64,000 nt of DNA from Clostridia bacterium (GCA_045589295.1 JAZNOU010000012.1:160001-224000); one strand, 5' to 3'. Counted from the first letter of the stretch, positions 19,119 through 28,780 are shown. The notes: a model not told the origin generated them from the letters alone. Translations and numbers: made by a program.

Positions 19119-19811
19119 ATGGAAGAAAGAGAAATTGATATCTGGGGACTAATACAGTCAATAATTAAGAGATGGTGGATTGTTGCTATTATCACTGTTA
19201 TAGTCGGAACAACAGGTTTTACATATTCAAAATTTGCAATCACTCCTTTGTATGCGGCAAAAGGAACACTTTATATTACCGTAGACAATACTGCCTCCTT
19301 GCAAGGTGGAACAAGTCTTGATTACAACTCAATTTTGGCGGCACAGGAGCTTACAAAAACATATTCTTTAATACTTTCAAGTAATACATTCTACAGAATT
19401 GTTGCTGCAGAAAGCGGACTTGACTACAGCTATAAAGAAATTTCAAGAATGGTTACAATGGGCAACGAAAATGACAGTGAAATTATGTCGATTACAGCAA
19501 AATGTGCAAATAGAGAACACGCAGCTATTATTGTTGAAACTATACTTAACAATGCACAGGCAGAAATTTCAAGAGTGGTTATTGGCGGAAGTGTAAGAAT
19601 TATTGACCATCCTGAACTTCCTAACGGACACTCATATCCTAACGTAACAAAGAACACATTCTTATGCTTGGCGCTTGGTGTTATCTTAGGTTGTGCTCTT
19701 GCAATTTTCATTGAATGGCTTGATGATACAATCAAGAGTGATGAGGATGTGCTGAAGTTTGGCATCCCGATATTAGCAGTTATCCCGCTTTTAGAAACAA
19801 AAAGCGAGTAA
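19119..19811 (+). CDS. Wzz/CpsC (CapA/YveK-like) polysaccharide co-polymerase
   Basis: EIDIWGL..KRWW, TM1, PLYAA, Pro-rich SYPN, TM2, LDDTIKSDEDV..GIPILAVIP. Confidence 0.88.
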   Translation: MEEREIDIWGLIQSIIKRWWIVAIITVIVGTTGFTYSKFAITPLYAAKGTLYITVDNTASLQGGTSLDYNSILAAQELTKTYSLILSSNTFYRIVAAESGLDYSYKEISRMVTMGNENDSEIMSITAKCANREHAAIIVETILNNAQAEISRVVIGGSVRIIDHPELPNGHSYPNVTKNTFLCLALGVILGCALAIFIEWLDDTIKSDEDVLKFGIPILAVIPLLETKSE

Positions 19812-19851
19812 AAAAAGACAGTAAAATTTTTCAGAAAGGGTGAGAGAAGAT

Positions 19852-22800
19852 ATGAGAAAGCGTGTAAAATCGCTTATTGGCATGATTATTGCAATGACTA
19901 TGATCTTGCCGACGGCTTTGCCGGTGACAACTCCTGTTTCGGCACAAAATTCCTACGGATTTAATGATTTTCCTACCGGATGGTCAGCACCTGCAATGTC
20001 ACATGCAGTTGAAAACGGATTGATATACGGAAAATCCGAAGACCGTATATGTCCTACAGATAATTTAACTAGAGCGGAAATGGCTACAATCATTAACCGT
20101 GCATTCGGTGCTACGGTGGAAAAGGATATTTCGGCATTTTCAGATGTAGCTCAGTCAGCTTGGTATTACAATGAAATAAAAAAGGCATACAATATGCAAA
20201 CCCTTTATGGTGATGCAGGCGGCACTATGCGTCCCGATGCCTTTATTATAAGAGAAGAAGCCATAGCGATTGTTGCAAGAGCTATGGTTTTAAGTGGTTA
20301 TTCGGCTTCTAATCTTGATAAGTTTAATGATAAAGACCAAATTGCAGATTGGGCAGTAGATCCGCTGGCTTCAATGGTAGCAAACGGCTACGTTAACGGC
20401 GATGAAAAGTCTAATATGAATCCGAAGGCATTCATTACCAGAGAAGAATTTGCTCAGCTTTTACATAATATTGTTAAGCATTATTATGATGCTGAAGATG
20501 GCGTAACAACATTCAACGGGAATGTTATGATTAATGAACCGACCACTTCATTGAGTGATTTGGTTGTTAATGGCGATCTTATTTTGGGTGATGGTGTTGG
20601 AACAAGCAACATTGTTCTAAAAAATGTTAAAGTAACAGGTCGTATCCTTATCAGAGGCGCAACCCATATTTCGTTTAAAAACAGCAACTTTGGTGGCGGC
20701 GTTACAGTTAAAAATGTTAATGATGTGGTACATTTTGATCATTTTAGTGATGAAGTGCATTTTAATGATATGCAAGATCACACAGAGGTCACATTTAAGA
20801 AGAAAACTACCGGCGGTGGCGGTGGTGGAACTCCTCCGGCACCTACAACTGCTAGTTATAAAGTGGAACACTATCAGGAAGCTTTGGATGGAAGTTTTGC
20901 AGTTTTTGAAACAGAAACCCTTTCAGGCAGTATTGGTGCAAGTGTTACAGCAGTAGCTAAAACCTATACAGGTTTTAGCGAAGATACTGTAAATCCATCA
21001 AGAGTTGCAACAGGCACTGTTGTATCTGATGGTTCTTTGACTCTTAAGCTTTTTTACACAAGAAACAGTTATACAGTAACATTTGATGCTCGCGGCGGTG
21101 CTATTTCAGGCACACCGAAAACTGTTTATAAATTCGGTGAAACATTAGAACTCCCTGTACCTACAAAAGGAACAGACACATTTGGCGGGTGGTGGACAGC
21201 GCTAAATGGAACAGGAACAAAAATTGAAAATACAAGCGTATTGGGAACAGATATTACATCTGCTGCCATTACTGTTTATGCGCATTGGATACCTGCAGCT
21301 CCGACTCCCACAGCTACGACGTTTACAGTAAAACATTTGTTTGAAAAACTTGACGGAACTTATGAAACTAAAGCAGAACGCGGAGATGAACTTAACGTTG
21401 CCGGTGATATAACGGTTTCAATCGTTCCTGAAAATTACAGAAATCCGATTGCGGGATTTAATTATTTTGATTATAGCTTTGACGGAACAGACAATGCAGG
21501 CATGCCAAAAGCAGATGGAAGCACTGTTCTTAATATCCGTTATAATAGAAAGAGCTACGACATCGTATATAACTATGGTGAAGCAGGCGGAAGCAACACA
21601 GTTTCATTTAGATATGGTGAAAGTGTAGATCTTTCAATTCCGACAGTTACACCACCTGTAGGTAAGTATTTTGCAGGTTGGTATGATGCACTTGTTGGCG
21701 GCACACAGGTAACATTCCTTGAAACACCTGTTGGCGGAACAACAATTTATGCACGTTGGGCAGAAGATGTTGGAGTTTATACTGTTGAATTCTATCAGCA
21801 GAATTTGGATGGAACTTACACCCAAGTAACTGCGGACACTTTATCAGGACTTACTGGTGTAGTAGGAACAGATGTAAGTGTGGATAAAAATTCGACCACA
21901 ATCAAAGATAAGTATATAGGTTTTGAAGTTAATGAAACAGAAAGTACACTCACACAAAGACTTGCTAAAACAGGCACAGTACTTAAAGTTTATTATGACA
22001 GAAAGATTTATACAATCGATTACGACTTTGATGGCGGTTATGCAGATGGAACATATACTGATACATTTATGTATGGCCAAACCGTTGCGCTTGCCAAAGG
22101 TAAAAATAGCAATGGCAAGGTTTTAGGCGGTTGGTTTACCGATTTAGATGGTAATGGCACACAGGTAACAGATACTGCAAATATTGATGCTATCTTAGGC
22201 GCGCTCACAGGCAATACAATCACACTTTATGCTTATTGGGTAGAAGAAATAGGCGAATATTCTGTTGAATTCTATCAGGAAACTTTAGATGGTGCTGATT
22301 ATACTCTTGTTGCAGCTGACACTATTGTCGGTCTTACAGGAACAGTCGGCGAGAAAGTAGCTATTGATGCAACAATAGATGAAGTTAAGAATAAATATTC
22401 AGGCTTTACAGTAAACGTTGCAAAGAGTGAACTTTCAAAAACACTTGCTAAAGAGGGCACAGTTCTTAAAGTTTACTACGACAGAAATATTTATACCTTG
22501 TATTACAATTATAGCGATGCTGATACTGTGGGAATTGGAAGTGCGACCTTTAAACATGGTCAGAATATCACATTCCCTGATGAATCAACATTCAATAAAG
22601 AATCATTTAGCTTTGCAGGCTGGTACACAACCCAGGACTTTAAAGATGATGAAGTTGTAGATACAGGCAATACAATCGAACAGATTATAGACATTGCAAA
22701 TGGTGAAACAGAAACTACCATATATGCTAAATGGGCAAAATTCTTCACAGTAACATTCAGAGAGGGTGCAAAAATAGGAACGTACACAGTTGATCCTGCT

Positions 22801-25800
22801 GTTGAAAACACAGTTCCGTATTCTGCATTCCCTTACGACAAACTTGTTGAACGTTATAAGACAGGTTACTTTGAAGATGAATCTGTATCTTCTGTATACG
22901 CAGGTAATGAGTATAAACACACATTTGAAGGACAGTGGTACTACACAGATGAAAACGGCAACGATGTCGTATTTACAGACGAAACAATTGTAGACCGCGA
23001 TCTTACAGTAAGATATAAATTCAGATATGTGAGACTGGAACTTTTTGTTGAGAAATTAGGTCATAACCTTGTACTTGAGGTGCCTTTTGAAGAAAGTACA
23101 AGAATTATCGACACAATTAAAGATGAATTGTTTGTAAATCAGGAAAAAATACTTTTGGTTGCAGATGAAGTTGATGCAAGAAGCAAGTTTATGGCGTTGA
23201 ACCTTAAGTTGGTTAACTTCCTTGACAGTAAGGGAATTGAAATAGTTGAACCTGGTATGATTTTCGCCGAAGATGGCGAAATCTTAAAGCAACATATCAG
23301 ATTTAATGCATTTGCATATCTTGATGAAGCAAGTGTTAAGACTGTTGTTGTAAACGCAATCAGAACAACATTCAAAAATGATCCTTTAAGAATGCGTGGC
23401 GTTATCGATGAAATGATGACAGAACAGGATGAAGACGTTGTTAACCTTATGGATACAATGCTTGTATCTATGCTTTCAGGTTCAGATGCTGCAAGAATCA
23501 AGGGTATTATTGCAGATGCGGTGGAAGATGCGGTTGCAAATGATACAACCGGTGAGTTCAAAAACAAAATTAAAGACATCATAACAACACAGCTTGATGC
23601 AGGTAATACAACAGTTGAAACAAGCATTAAAAAGGCAATTAAAGATTACTTTATGAACAGCGCAAATGATGCTAAAATCAGAGAAATCGTTTCAGACCTT
23701 ATTGATGATGCTTATAAAACTGATGATGAAACCGATCCGGTAAGGAATTTCGTGAAGAGTTACATAAAGACATATCTTAACGAAAACCCAACAGTTTTAG
23801 ATGATATGATCAGAGAAATGGGCGAAAATTTAGATCCTAATGATCCTAACGATGCGCACATTATTGATCTTATTCATGAAGTTTTAGACGAAAATGTAAT
23901 ATATCTTGAAAAACTTGTTGATGATGCTATCAAGAACCTTAAAAACACAATAGGCGAACCAATACACAGCTTTATCGTTGATGCCATCACAACAGAGCTT
24001 TCAACTAATGCTGCTGAGCTTGATATTTTGATTGATGAAATCTCAAATGCAAACGTAACTGATATTAAGTCGGTGCTTGCAACAGTTATGGAAGATAACG
24101 ATACATTTGAAATTATTGTTAAAGATGCAATTGCCGATGAAGCGGTATTTAATAAGGTTATCAAAGCTGCTCTTGACAACGCAAGTGTATTTGATGCAAT
24201 CGTAAGCGAACTTTGCAGCGGCGATACGAGCTTCTATAATATGCTTGTAGACATTGCACTTTCGTCAGATTCACTTAAGGGCGAGGTTAAAAATGCAGTT
24301 GTTAATAATGATGATGCACTTATAAGCGTACTTAATGAAGTGGCATCTGATGCTTCACTTAAAGCTGAAATGGTTGAAGAAATTTTAGTTGCTTCTGATG
24401 CTAAGCTTAAAGATCAGCTTACAAGCCCGCTTTCTATAACATCGGATTATTATGCAGACGTTAAAGCTCAGGCACTCAGTCAGGCTGAAACTGAAATAAT
24501 AGGCATAATCGAAACAGGTATCAATGAAGATGAACACCCAGATTACTGGCCGATTGCTTTTGAAAAGGCTATGGAAATAGCAGAAGCAAGAGTTAGACAG
24601 GATCTTATTGCTGGCAGTGTTGATCCTAACGGTTCACTTTGGGATACAATGTATGCAGAGGCAATGGCTCAAGCAGCAATTGATGTCAAAGCAGAGCTTA
24701 ACGGAGGTATTACTGATGCTTCAGAATACTACGCAGCTGCTGTAAATGGTGCTAAAGAGCAGGCAGAAAAAGAAATTACAGACTTACTTTCAACAGGTAT
24801 TACTGAGGGTAGCAAGTACTGGGATGTTGCATATAGTACTGCAAAAGGAATTCTTAGAACCGAAATTGACACATCATTCGATTCAAAGATTGTAGAAATC
24901 AAGACAGATGCTAATCTTAAAGCACAGGTGGTAGCTTGGGCACAGACAGCGATTAATAACACTAATATAGAAAGTGCTATTAAGAACTATGCTAAAGGCT
25001 TGGCTACAAGCACAGACTCTGCGGATGTTAGCCTTAGAACATCAATTATTGACACTGTAATCAATACAGCAGATAGCTTAGAACCAGGTAAAAAAGAGAC
25101 ATTGGTTAGTGATATTATCACAGAGCTTTTGAAACCTGCAAATGCAACAGTTAAAGAGACTGTTGAAAACAAGGCTATTGAAGTATTAAACAGAGCTGAA
25201 AACAATGCACTTAAAACTACGCTTATCGATAGTGTGCTTGAAGATATCTTTGCTGACAACACACTTAAAGGCGATTTGATTGCAAGACTTAAGACTAAGG
25301 TTAAGGACCCTGCACAGGAAGCATTTAAGTTAACTGTTATTAGCGAAGCTATCAATGCAGTTGTTAATGATAGCTCAGTTAATGCAAGGGCAGTTATAAT
25401 AATAAATGACCTGATTGAAACAGATACTGCATTTAAGGCAGACATTATAGAGCACATCGTCGACTATATCTTAGAAGATGCTACTGTTAGAGCTGAAGCT
25501 ATGGAAAAGGTTGTCGAAATGATTGAAGATCCGGAAGATGACAGCCATAAGCAGGAAGCAATCGACTTTGCGTTTGACACCCTTAAGGGCGACACAACGA
25601 AACGTGCAGAAATTGTGGATAAGTTCTTAACAAACATCTTAGGTAATAATGACAAGAGAGAAGATATGGCAACAGAAGTTATCGACATTATGTTCTCTAA
25701 CGATACCTTAAGAAATAGGATTTTAGATCTTGGGTTCGAACAGATGTTCGCAGGTGAAGATACAATTGCAGAAATTGTTTCACTTGCACTCGACGAACTC

Positions 25801-27066
25801 ATTAGTGACGATACCGTAAGACGTGATATGATTATTGCAGTAATCAGCACTGAAAGCGGAAGAAGAAAGATTTTAGACATTCTCTTTGATGAACTTGAAA
25901 GGGATCCTGAGTTCATTGACGAAATAGTTGACATCGCAATGAACGGCAAGTATGGCGATTTGGTTGATATATTTGTATCCGACCTTATTTACAACGGAAA
26001 GATTCAGATTAATCCAGACAACAGACAAATCGCAGAAGAAATCGTTCTTCCAATGTTAGACGACATTTCTCTTGATACTGTTTTAGGCAAATTGCCCGCA
26101 AAAGTTACAGATGTTTTACCAACATCTGTAATCGAAAAGGCGTTTAACAAGTTTAAGTCAAAAGCAAGAGAACTTTTGGTTGAAGGTATAAATGAAGCTA
26201 AAGAAGGCAACTGGAAAGACATTTCAGTTATGGTGGACAACGAGCTTGATATAATTAATGAAGTTTTAGTTCCGCTTTATAATAAAGTATTCCCGAAAGT
26301 TGTTGACAAAGCTGAGGACTTCTACTACTACAACGAAAATGTTTACTTAAAAGCAATAGTTGACATGATTGACCCTGAGTTCTTGCTTGATAACACAAAA
26401 CCGGCATCAATTGGTGGAACAGGATACAGATTAAGAACAACAGAAGAATATTATGAAATTATCAGAAATATCTCTGTTTTAGTTGATGATGCAGCAAACT
26501 GGTATATGGAAAACATTTCTGATGACCAGATTAACGGTGCTATTGACAAAGTTGCAGGAAAAGTTAATACTTTACTTGCAAAGGTTAATGGACTTGTGGG
26601 CGGAAGAATACCAATGTCTAAGATTGACAAAGTGGTTGAATACACCAAGAAGGCTCTTGATAAGAGAGAAAGCGTTTATAATATTACAACAAATGGTGTA
26701 TTTGAAAAGGTTGACAAGGTTTATAACAAGCTTATTGAAATTGTTAAAAACAAAACCGGTGTTGATATTACTAAGTCTACTACGATAGAAGTTACTTTTG
26801 ACGGAAGTGAAATCGACGTAAACGGTAAGGATGTCAACATTGACAATCGTAAGATAAGCATCAGTGTTAAAGGTTACAAATTTGAACTTGATTCAGAATC
26901 AATCACAGCACTTAACAAAACTGTTAATATTGACAGATTTGTTCAAAAAGCTGCCGATTTATTCGGAACAAGAAGTGTAACATTTAAAATTATAAATGAT
27001 GCTCCGTACAGCTACGGTGCTTATGTGGGCAATAACTACATAAAGTTAGCTGCTGAGTACAAATAA
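19852..27066 (+). CDS. Giant (~2404 aa) SLH-anchored surface protein with InlB-B/Listeria-Bacteroides repeats and a long alpha-helical repeat region
   Basis: Signal peptide, three SLH units (LTRAE, IIREE, ITREE), GGGGG linker, repeated F.GW(Y/W/F)...YA.W modules, >1200-aa acidic amphipathic C-terminal part; ATG 19852 (GTG 19840 is an alternative). Confidence 0.85.
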   Translation: MRKRVKSLIGMIIAMTMILPTALPVTTPVSAQNSYGFNDFPTGWSAPAMSHAVENGLIYGKSEDRICPTDNLTRAEMATIINRAFGATVEKDISAFSDVAQSAWYYNEIKKAYNMQTLYGDAGGTMRPDAFIIREEAIAIVARAMVLSGYSASNLDKFNDKDQIADWAVDPLASMVANGYVNGDEKSNMNPKAFITREEFAQLLHNIVKHYYDAEDGVTTFNGNVMINEPTTSLSDLVVNGDLILGDGVGTSNIVLKNVKVTGRILIRGATHISFKNSNFGGGVTVKNVNDVVHFDHFSDEVHFNDMQDHTEVTFKKKTTGGGGGGTPPAPTTASYKVEHYQEALDGSFAVFETETLSGSIGASVTAVAKTYTGFSEDTVNPSRVATGTVVSDGSLTLKLFYTRNSYTVTFDARGGAISGTPKTVYKFGETLELPVPTKGTDTFGGWWTALNGTGTKIENTSVLGTDITSAAITVYAHWIPAAPTPTATTFTVKHLFEKLDGTYETKAERGDELNVAGDITVSIVPENYRNPIAGFNYFDYSFDGTDNAGMPKADGSTVLNIRYNRKSYDIVYNYGEAGGSNTVSFRYGESVDLSIPTVTPPVGKYFAGWYDALVGGTQVTFLETPVGGTTIYARWAEDVGVYTVEFYQQNLDGTYTQVTADTLSGLTGVVGTDVSVDKNSTTIKDKYIGFEVNETESTLTQRLAKTGTVLKVYYDRKIYTIDYDFDGGYADGTYTDTFMYGQTVALAKGKNSNGKVLGGWFTDLDGNGTQVTDTANIDAILGALTGNTITLYAYWVEEIGEYSVEFYQETLDGADYTLVAADTIVGLTGTVGEKVAIDATIDEVKNKYSGFTVNVAKSELSKTLAKEGTVLKVYYDRNIYTLYYNYSDADTVGIGSATFKHGQNITFPDESTFNKESFSFAGWYTTQDFKDDEVVDTGNTIEQIIDIANGETETTIYAKWAKFFTVTFREGAKIGTYTVDPAVENTVPYSAFPYDKLVERYKTGYFEDESVSSVYAGNEYKHTFEGQWYYTDENGNDVVFTDETIVDRDLTVRYKFRYVRLELFVEKLGHNLVLEVPFEESTRIIDTIKDELFVNQEKILLVADEVDARSKFMALNLKLVNFLDSKGIEIVEPGMIFAEDGEILKQHIRFNAFAYLDEASVKTVVVNAIRTTFKNDPLRMRGVIDEMMTEQDEDVVNLMDTMLVSMLSGSDAARIKGIIADAVEDAVANDTTGEFKNKIKDIITTQLDAGNTTVETSIKKAIKDYFMNSANDAKIREIVSDLIDDAYKTDDETDPVRNFVKSYIKTYLNENPTVLDDMIREMGENLDPNDPNDAHIIDLIHEVLDENVIYLEKLVDDAIKNLKNTIGEPIHSFIVDAITTELSTNAAELDILIDEISNANVTDIKSVLATVMEDNDTFEIIVKDAIADEAVFNKVIKAALDNASVFDAIVSELCSGDTSFYNMLVDIALSSDSLKGEVKNAVVNNDDALISVLNEVASDASLKAEMVEEILVASDAKLKDQLTSPLSITSDYYADVKAQALSQAETEIIGIIETGINEDEHPDYWPIAFEKAMEIAEARVRQDLIAGSVDPNGSLWDTMYAEAMAQAAIDVKAELNGGITDASEYYAAAVNGAKEQAEKEITDLLSTGITEGSKYWDVAYSTAKGILRTEIDTSFDSKIVEIKTDANLKAQVVAWAQTAINNTNIESAIKNYAKGLATSTDSADVSLRTSIIDTVINTADSLEPGKKETLVSDIITELLKPANATVKETVENKAIEVLNRAENNALKTTLIDSVLEDIFADNTLKGDLIARLKTKVKDPAQEAFKLTVISEAINAVVNDSSVNARAVIIINDLIETDTAFKADIIEHIVDYILEDATVRAEAMEKVVEMIEDPEDDSHKQEAIDFAFDTLKGDTTKRAEIVDKFLTNILGNNDKREDMATEVIDIMFSNDTLRNRILDLGFEQMFAGEDTIAEIVSLALDELISDDTVRRDMIIAVISTESGRRKILDILFDELERDPEFIDEIVDIAMNGKYGDLVDIFVSDLIYNGKIQINPDNRQIAEEIVLPMLDDISLDTVLGKLPAKVTDVLPTSVIEKAFNKFKSKARELLVEGINEAKEGNWKDISVMVDNELDIINEVLVPLYNKVFPKVVDKAEDFYYYNENVYLKAIVDMIDPEFLLDNTKPASIGGTGYRLRTTEEYYEIIRNISVLVDDAANWYMENISDDQINGAIDKVAGKVNTLLAKVNGLVGGRIPMSKIDKVVEYTKKALDKRESVYNITTNGVFEKVDKVYNKLIEIVKNKTGVDITKSTTIEVTFDGSEIDVNGKDVNIDNRKISISVKGYKFELDSESITALNKTVNIDRFVQKAADLFGTRSVTFKIINDAPYSYGAYVGNNYIKLAAEYK
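20857..22734 (+). repeat. Four tandem ~155-160-aa two-domain modules (YxVE(H/F)YQ..LDG..YxR + InlB-B repeat)
   Basis: Modules begin YKVEHYQE, FTVKHLFE, YTVEFYQQ and YSVEFYQE; units 3 and 4 share DNA identity at ~480-bp spacing (CTGTTGAATTCTATCAG; CTTAAAGTTTA). Confidence 0.8.
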
Positions 27067-27075
27067 TTAATGGTC

Positions 27076-27104
27076 AGCGGGTAAACAGTATAAGTTTACC
27101 CGCT
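27076..27104 (+). other. Intergenic 11-bp stem-loop without a U-tract
   Basis: AGCGGGTAAAC-agtataa-GTTTACCCGCT. Confidence 0.7.
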
Positions 27105-27131
27105 TGATTAAAAAAGAGAGGATGATACATT

Positions 27132-28697
27132 TTGAAAAAAGCATTATGTCTTGTTTTAGCTTTAATGTTATGTCTTCCATCTGTGGTTGCTTTTGCAGAC
27201 ATAGAAGGAACTGTACAGGGCGATATAATGCTCACTTCAACAGAGGGCGAAGCTTTGCCTGAGGATAAAGAAACTGCAACTGAAACATCAGATGCGCTTA
27301 AGTTCAGCGATATTATTGCAGATTCGGTTCTTGGTGAGGCTGTATACAAGCTTGTTGATGCAAAGGTGATATCGGGGTATCCTGATGGCACATTCAGACC
27401 TGATTCAGGGGTGACTCGTGCCGAACTTTGTAAAATGATAAATCTGGTTTATGATTTAGATGTAAAAGCGACAAGTATGTCTTTTAAAGATGTAACAGAA
27501 GAAGACTGGTATTATGATTACGTTTTGGTTGCGGTCCAGGCGGGATATATTAAAGGCTTTACAGATAACACATTCAGAGGGGACGACCCTGTTACAAGAG
27601 AACAGGCGTGTGCTATTATAAACAGAGTAACAACAGCAAAAGGTGCAAGTCTTTTTGACTTACCTTTTACAGATAACATAACAGATGCTGTGTCAGATTG
27701 GGCATTGGAAGATGTTAAAAAAATTATTGCAAACTATGTAATGCCTTTGGAAGCAGGCGGTAAATTCCGTGCAACAGAGGATATTACAAGAGGCGAGCTT
27801 GCGCTTGCATTAGAAGGTTTTGTTGTTATAGTTCCTGAATATACAGTAACTTTTGAAACAAATGGAGGAAGTGAGATTGCTTCTGTTGTGGTTAAAGAGG
27901 GTAAAACAGTTGCAAAACCTGAAGATCCGAAAAAAGATAACTATACTTTCAATGGTTGGTATACAGACAGTAAGCTTAAAACTGCTTATGATTTTGAAAA
28001 AACGGTTTCAGATAACATTACACTTTATGCAAAATGGCAGGCAAAAGTAACAGGCGGTGGCGGTGGAGGAGTTTATATTCCGCCTTCAGGTGGTACACCT
28101 TCATCGTACACAGTAACCTTTAATTCAAAAGGCGGCAGTGCAGTTGACAGCGTAACGGTTACATCGGGCGCAACAATTTCAGCACCTGCAGAGCCTACAA
28201 AAGAAATGAAAGTGTTTACAGGCTGGTATACAGACTCTGCTTGCACAAATCTTTTTGATTTTACAACTCCAATAACAGGCAATATTACGCTTTATGCGGG
28301 TTGGGAAGATGACCATGCGGCTATGAATGGTCAAAAAATATCCGACCTTACAATATTTAAAGAGGCGTTGGTTGCTACTACATTTGACATTCAGCCTCAT
28401 ACAGACATGGCAAGCATAATTGTTTCCACGTTTGAAAGTGTGATTTCTGATGGTGAGTCCGGAATAATTCTTACAAATGACTATATTAAAACAACGTACG
28501 AAGCAAATATGCTCCAGATAAAAGATATTTGGGAGAATCAGCTGTTTGTAGATACATTCTCAGACGAGCAACAGGATTTTAAAGATAAAATAGCGCTTGT
28601 TTTAACAGATGCACAAGCAAACGGCTATTCAATGTCACTTTCAGAAACTTATGTATTGTTCAGAACAATAATAGGTGATTTTATAAATTGGGAATAA
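27132..28697 (+). CDS. SLH surface protein with two Listeria-Bacteroides (InlB-B) repeats
   Basis: Signal peptide (AFA); SLH GYPDGTFRPDSGVTRAE etc.; YTVTFETNGGS...FNGWYTD...LYAKW twice; GGGGG linker. Confidence 0.9.
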   Translation: MKKALCLVLALMLCLPSVVAFADIEGTVQGDIMLTSTEGEALPEDKETATETSDALKFSDIIADSVLGEAVYKLVDAKVISGYPDGTFRPDSGVTRAELCKMINLVYDLDVKATSMSFKDVTEEDWYYDYVLVAVQAGYIKGFTDNTFRGDDPVTREQACAIINRVTTAKGASLFDLPFTDNITDAVSDWALEDVKKIIANYVMPLEAGGKFRATEDITRGELALALEGFVVIVPEYTVTFETNGGSEIASVVVKEGKTVAKPEDPKKDNYTFNGWYTDSKLKTAYDFEKTVSDNITLYAKWQAKVTGGGGGGVYIPPSGGTPSSYTVTFNSKGGSAVDSVTVTSGATISAPAEPTKEMKVFTGWYTDSACTNLFDFTTPITGNITLYAGWEDDHAAMNGQKISDLTIFKEALVATTFDIQPHTDMASIIVSTFESVISDGESGIILTNDYIKTTYEANMLQIKDIWENQLFVDTFSDEQQDFKDKIALVLTDAQANGYSMSLSETYVLFRTIIGDFINWE

Positions 28698-28703
28698 GTT
28701 GTT

Positions 28704-28735
28704 AAAAGGTGAAAGTTTTATCTTTCGCCTTTTTT
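28704..28735 (+). terminator. Intrinsic terminator ending the PqqD/S-layer locus
   Basis: AAAAGGTGAAAG-ttttat-CTTTCGCCTTTTTT. Confidence 0.8.
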
Positions 28736-28751
28736 ATGTACTAAAATACTA

Positions 28752-28780
28752 TTGACTTTATTTGCTAAATATTATATAAT
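28752..28780 (+). promoter_or_regulatory. sigmaA promoter of secD
   Basis: TTGACT-N17-TATAAT. Confidence 0.7.

Noticed and set aside
23139-26240. Several 77-162-aa minus-strand Ser/Ile-rich ORFs
   Set aside because: Antisense shadows produced by codon bias of the giant acidic protein
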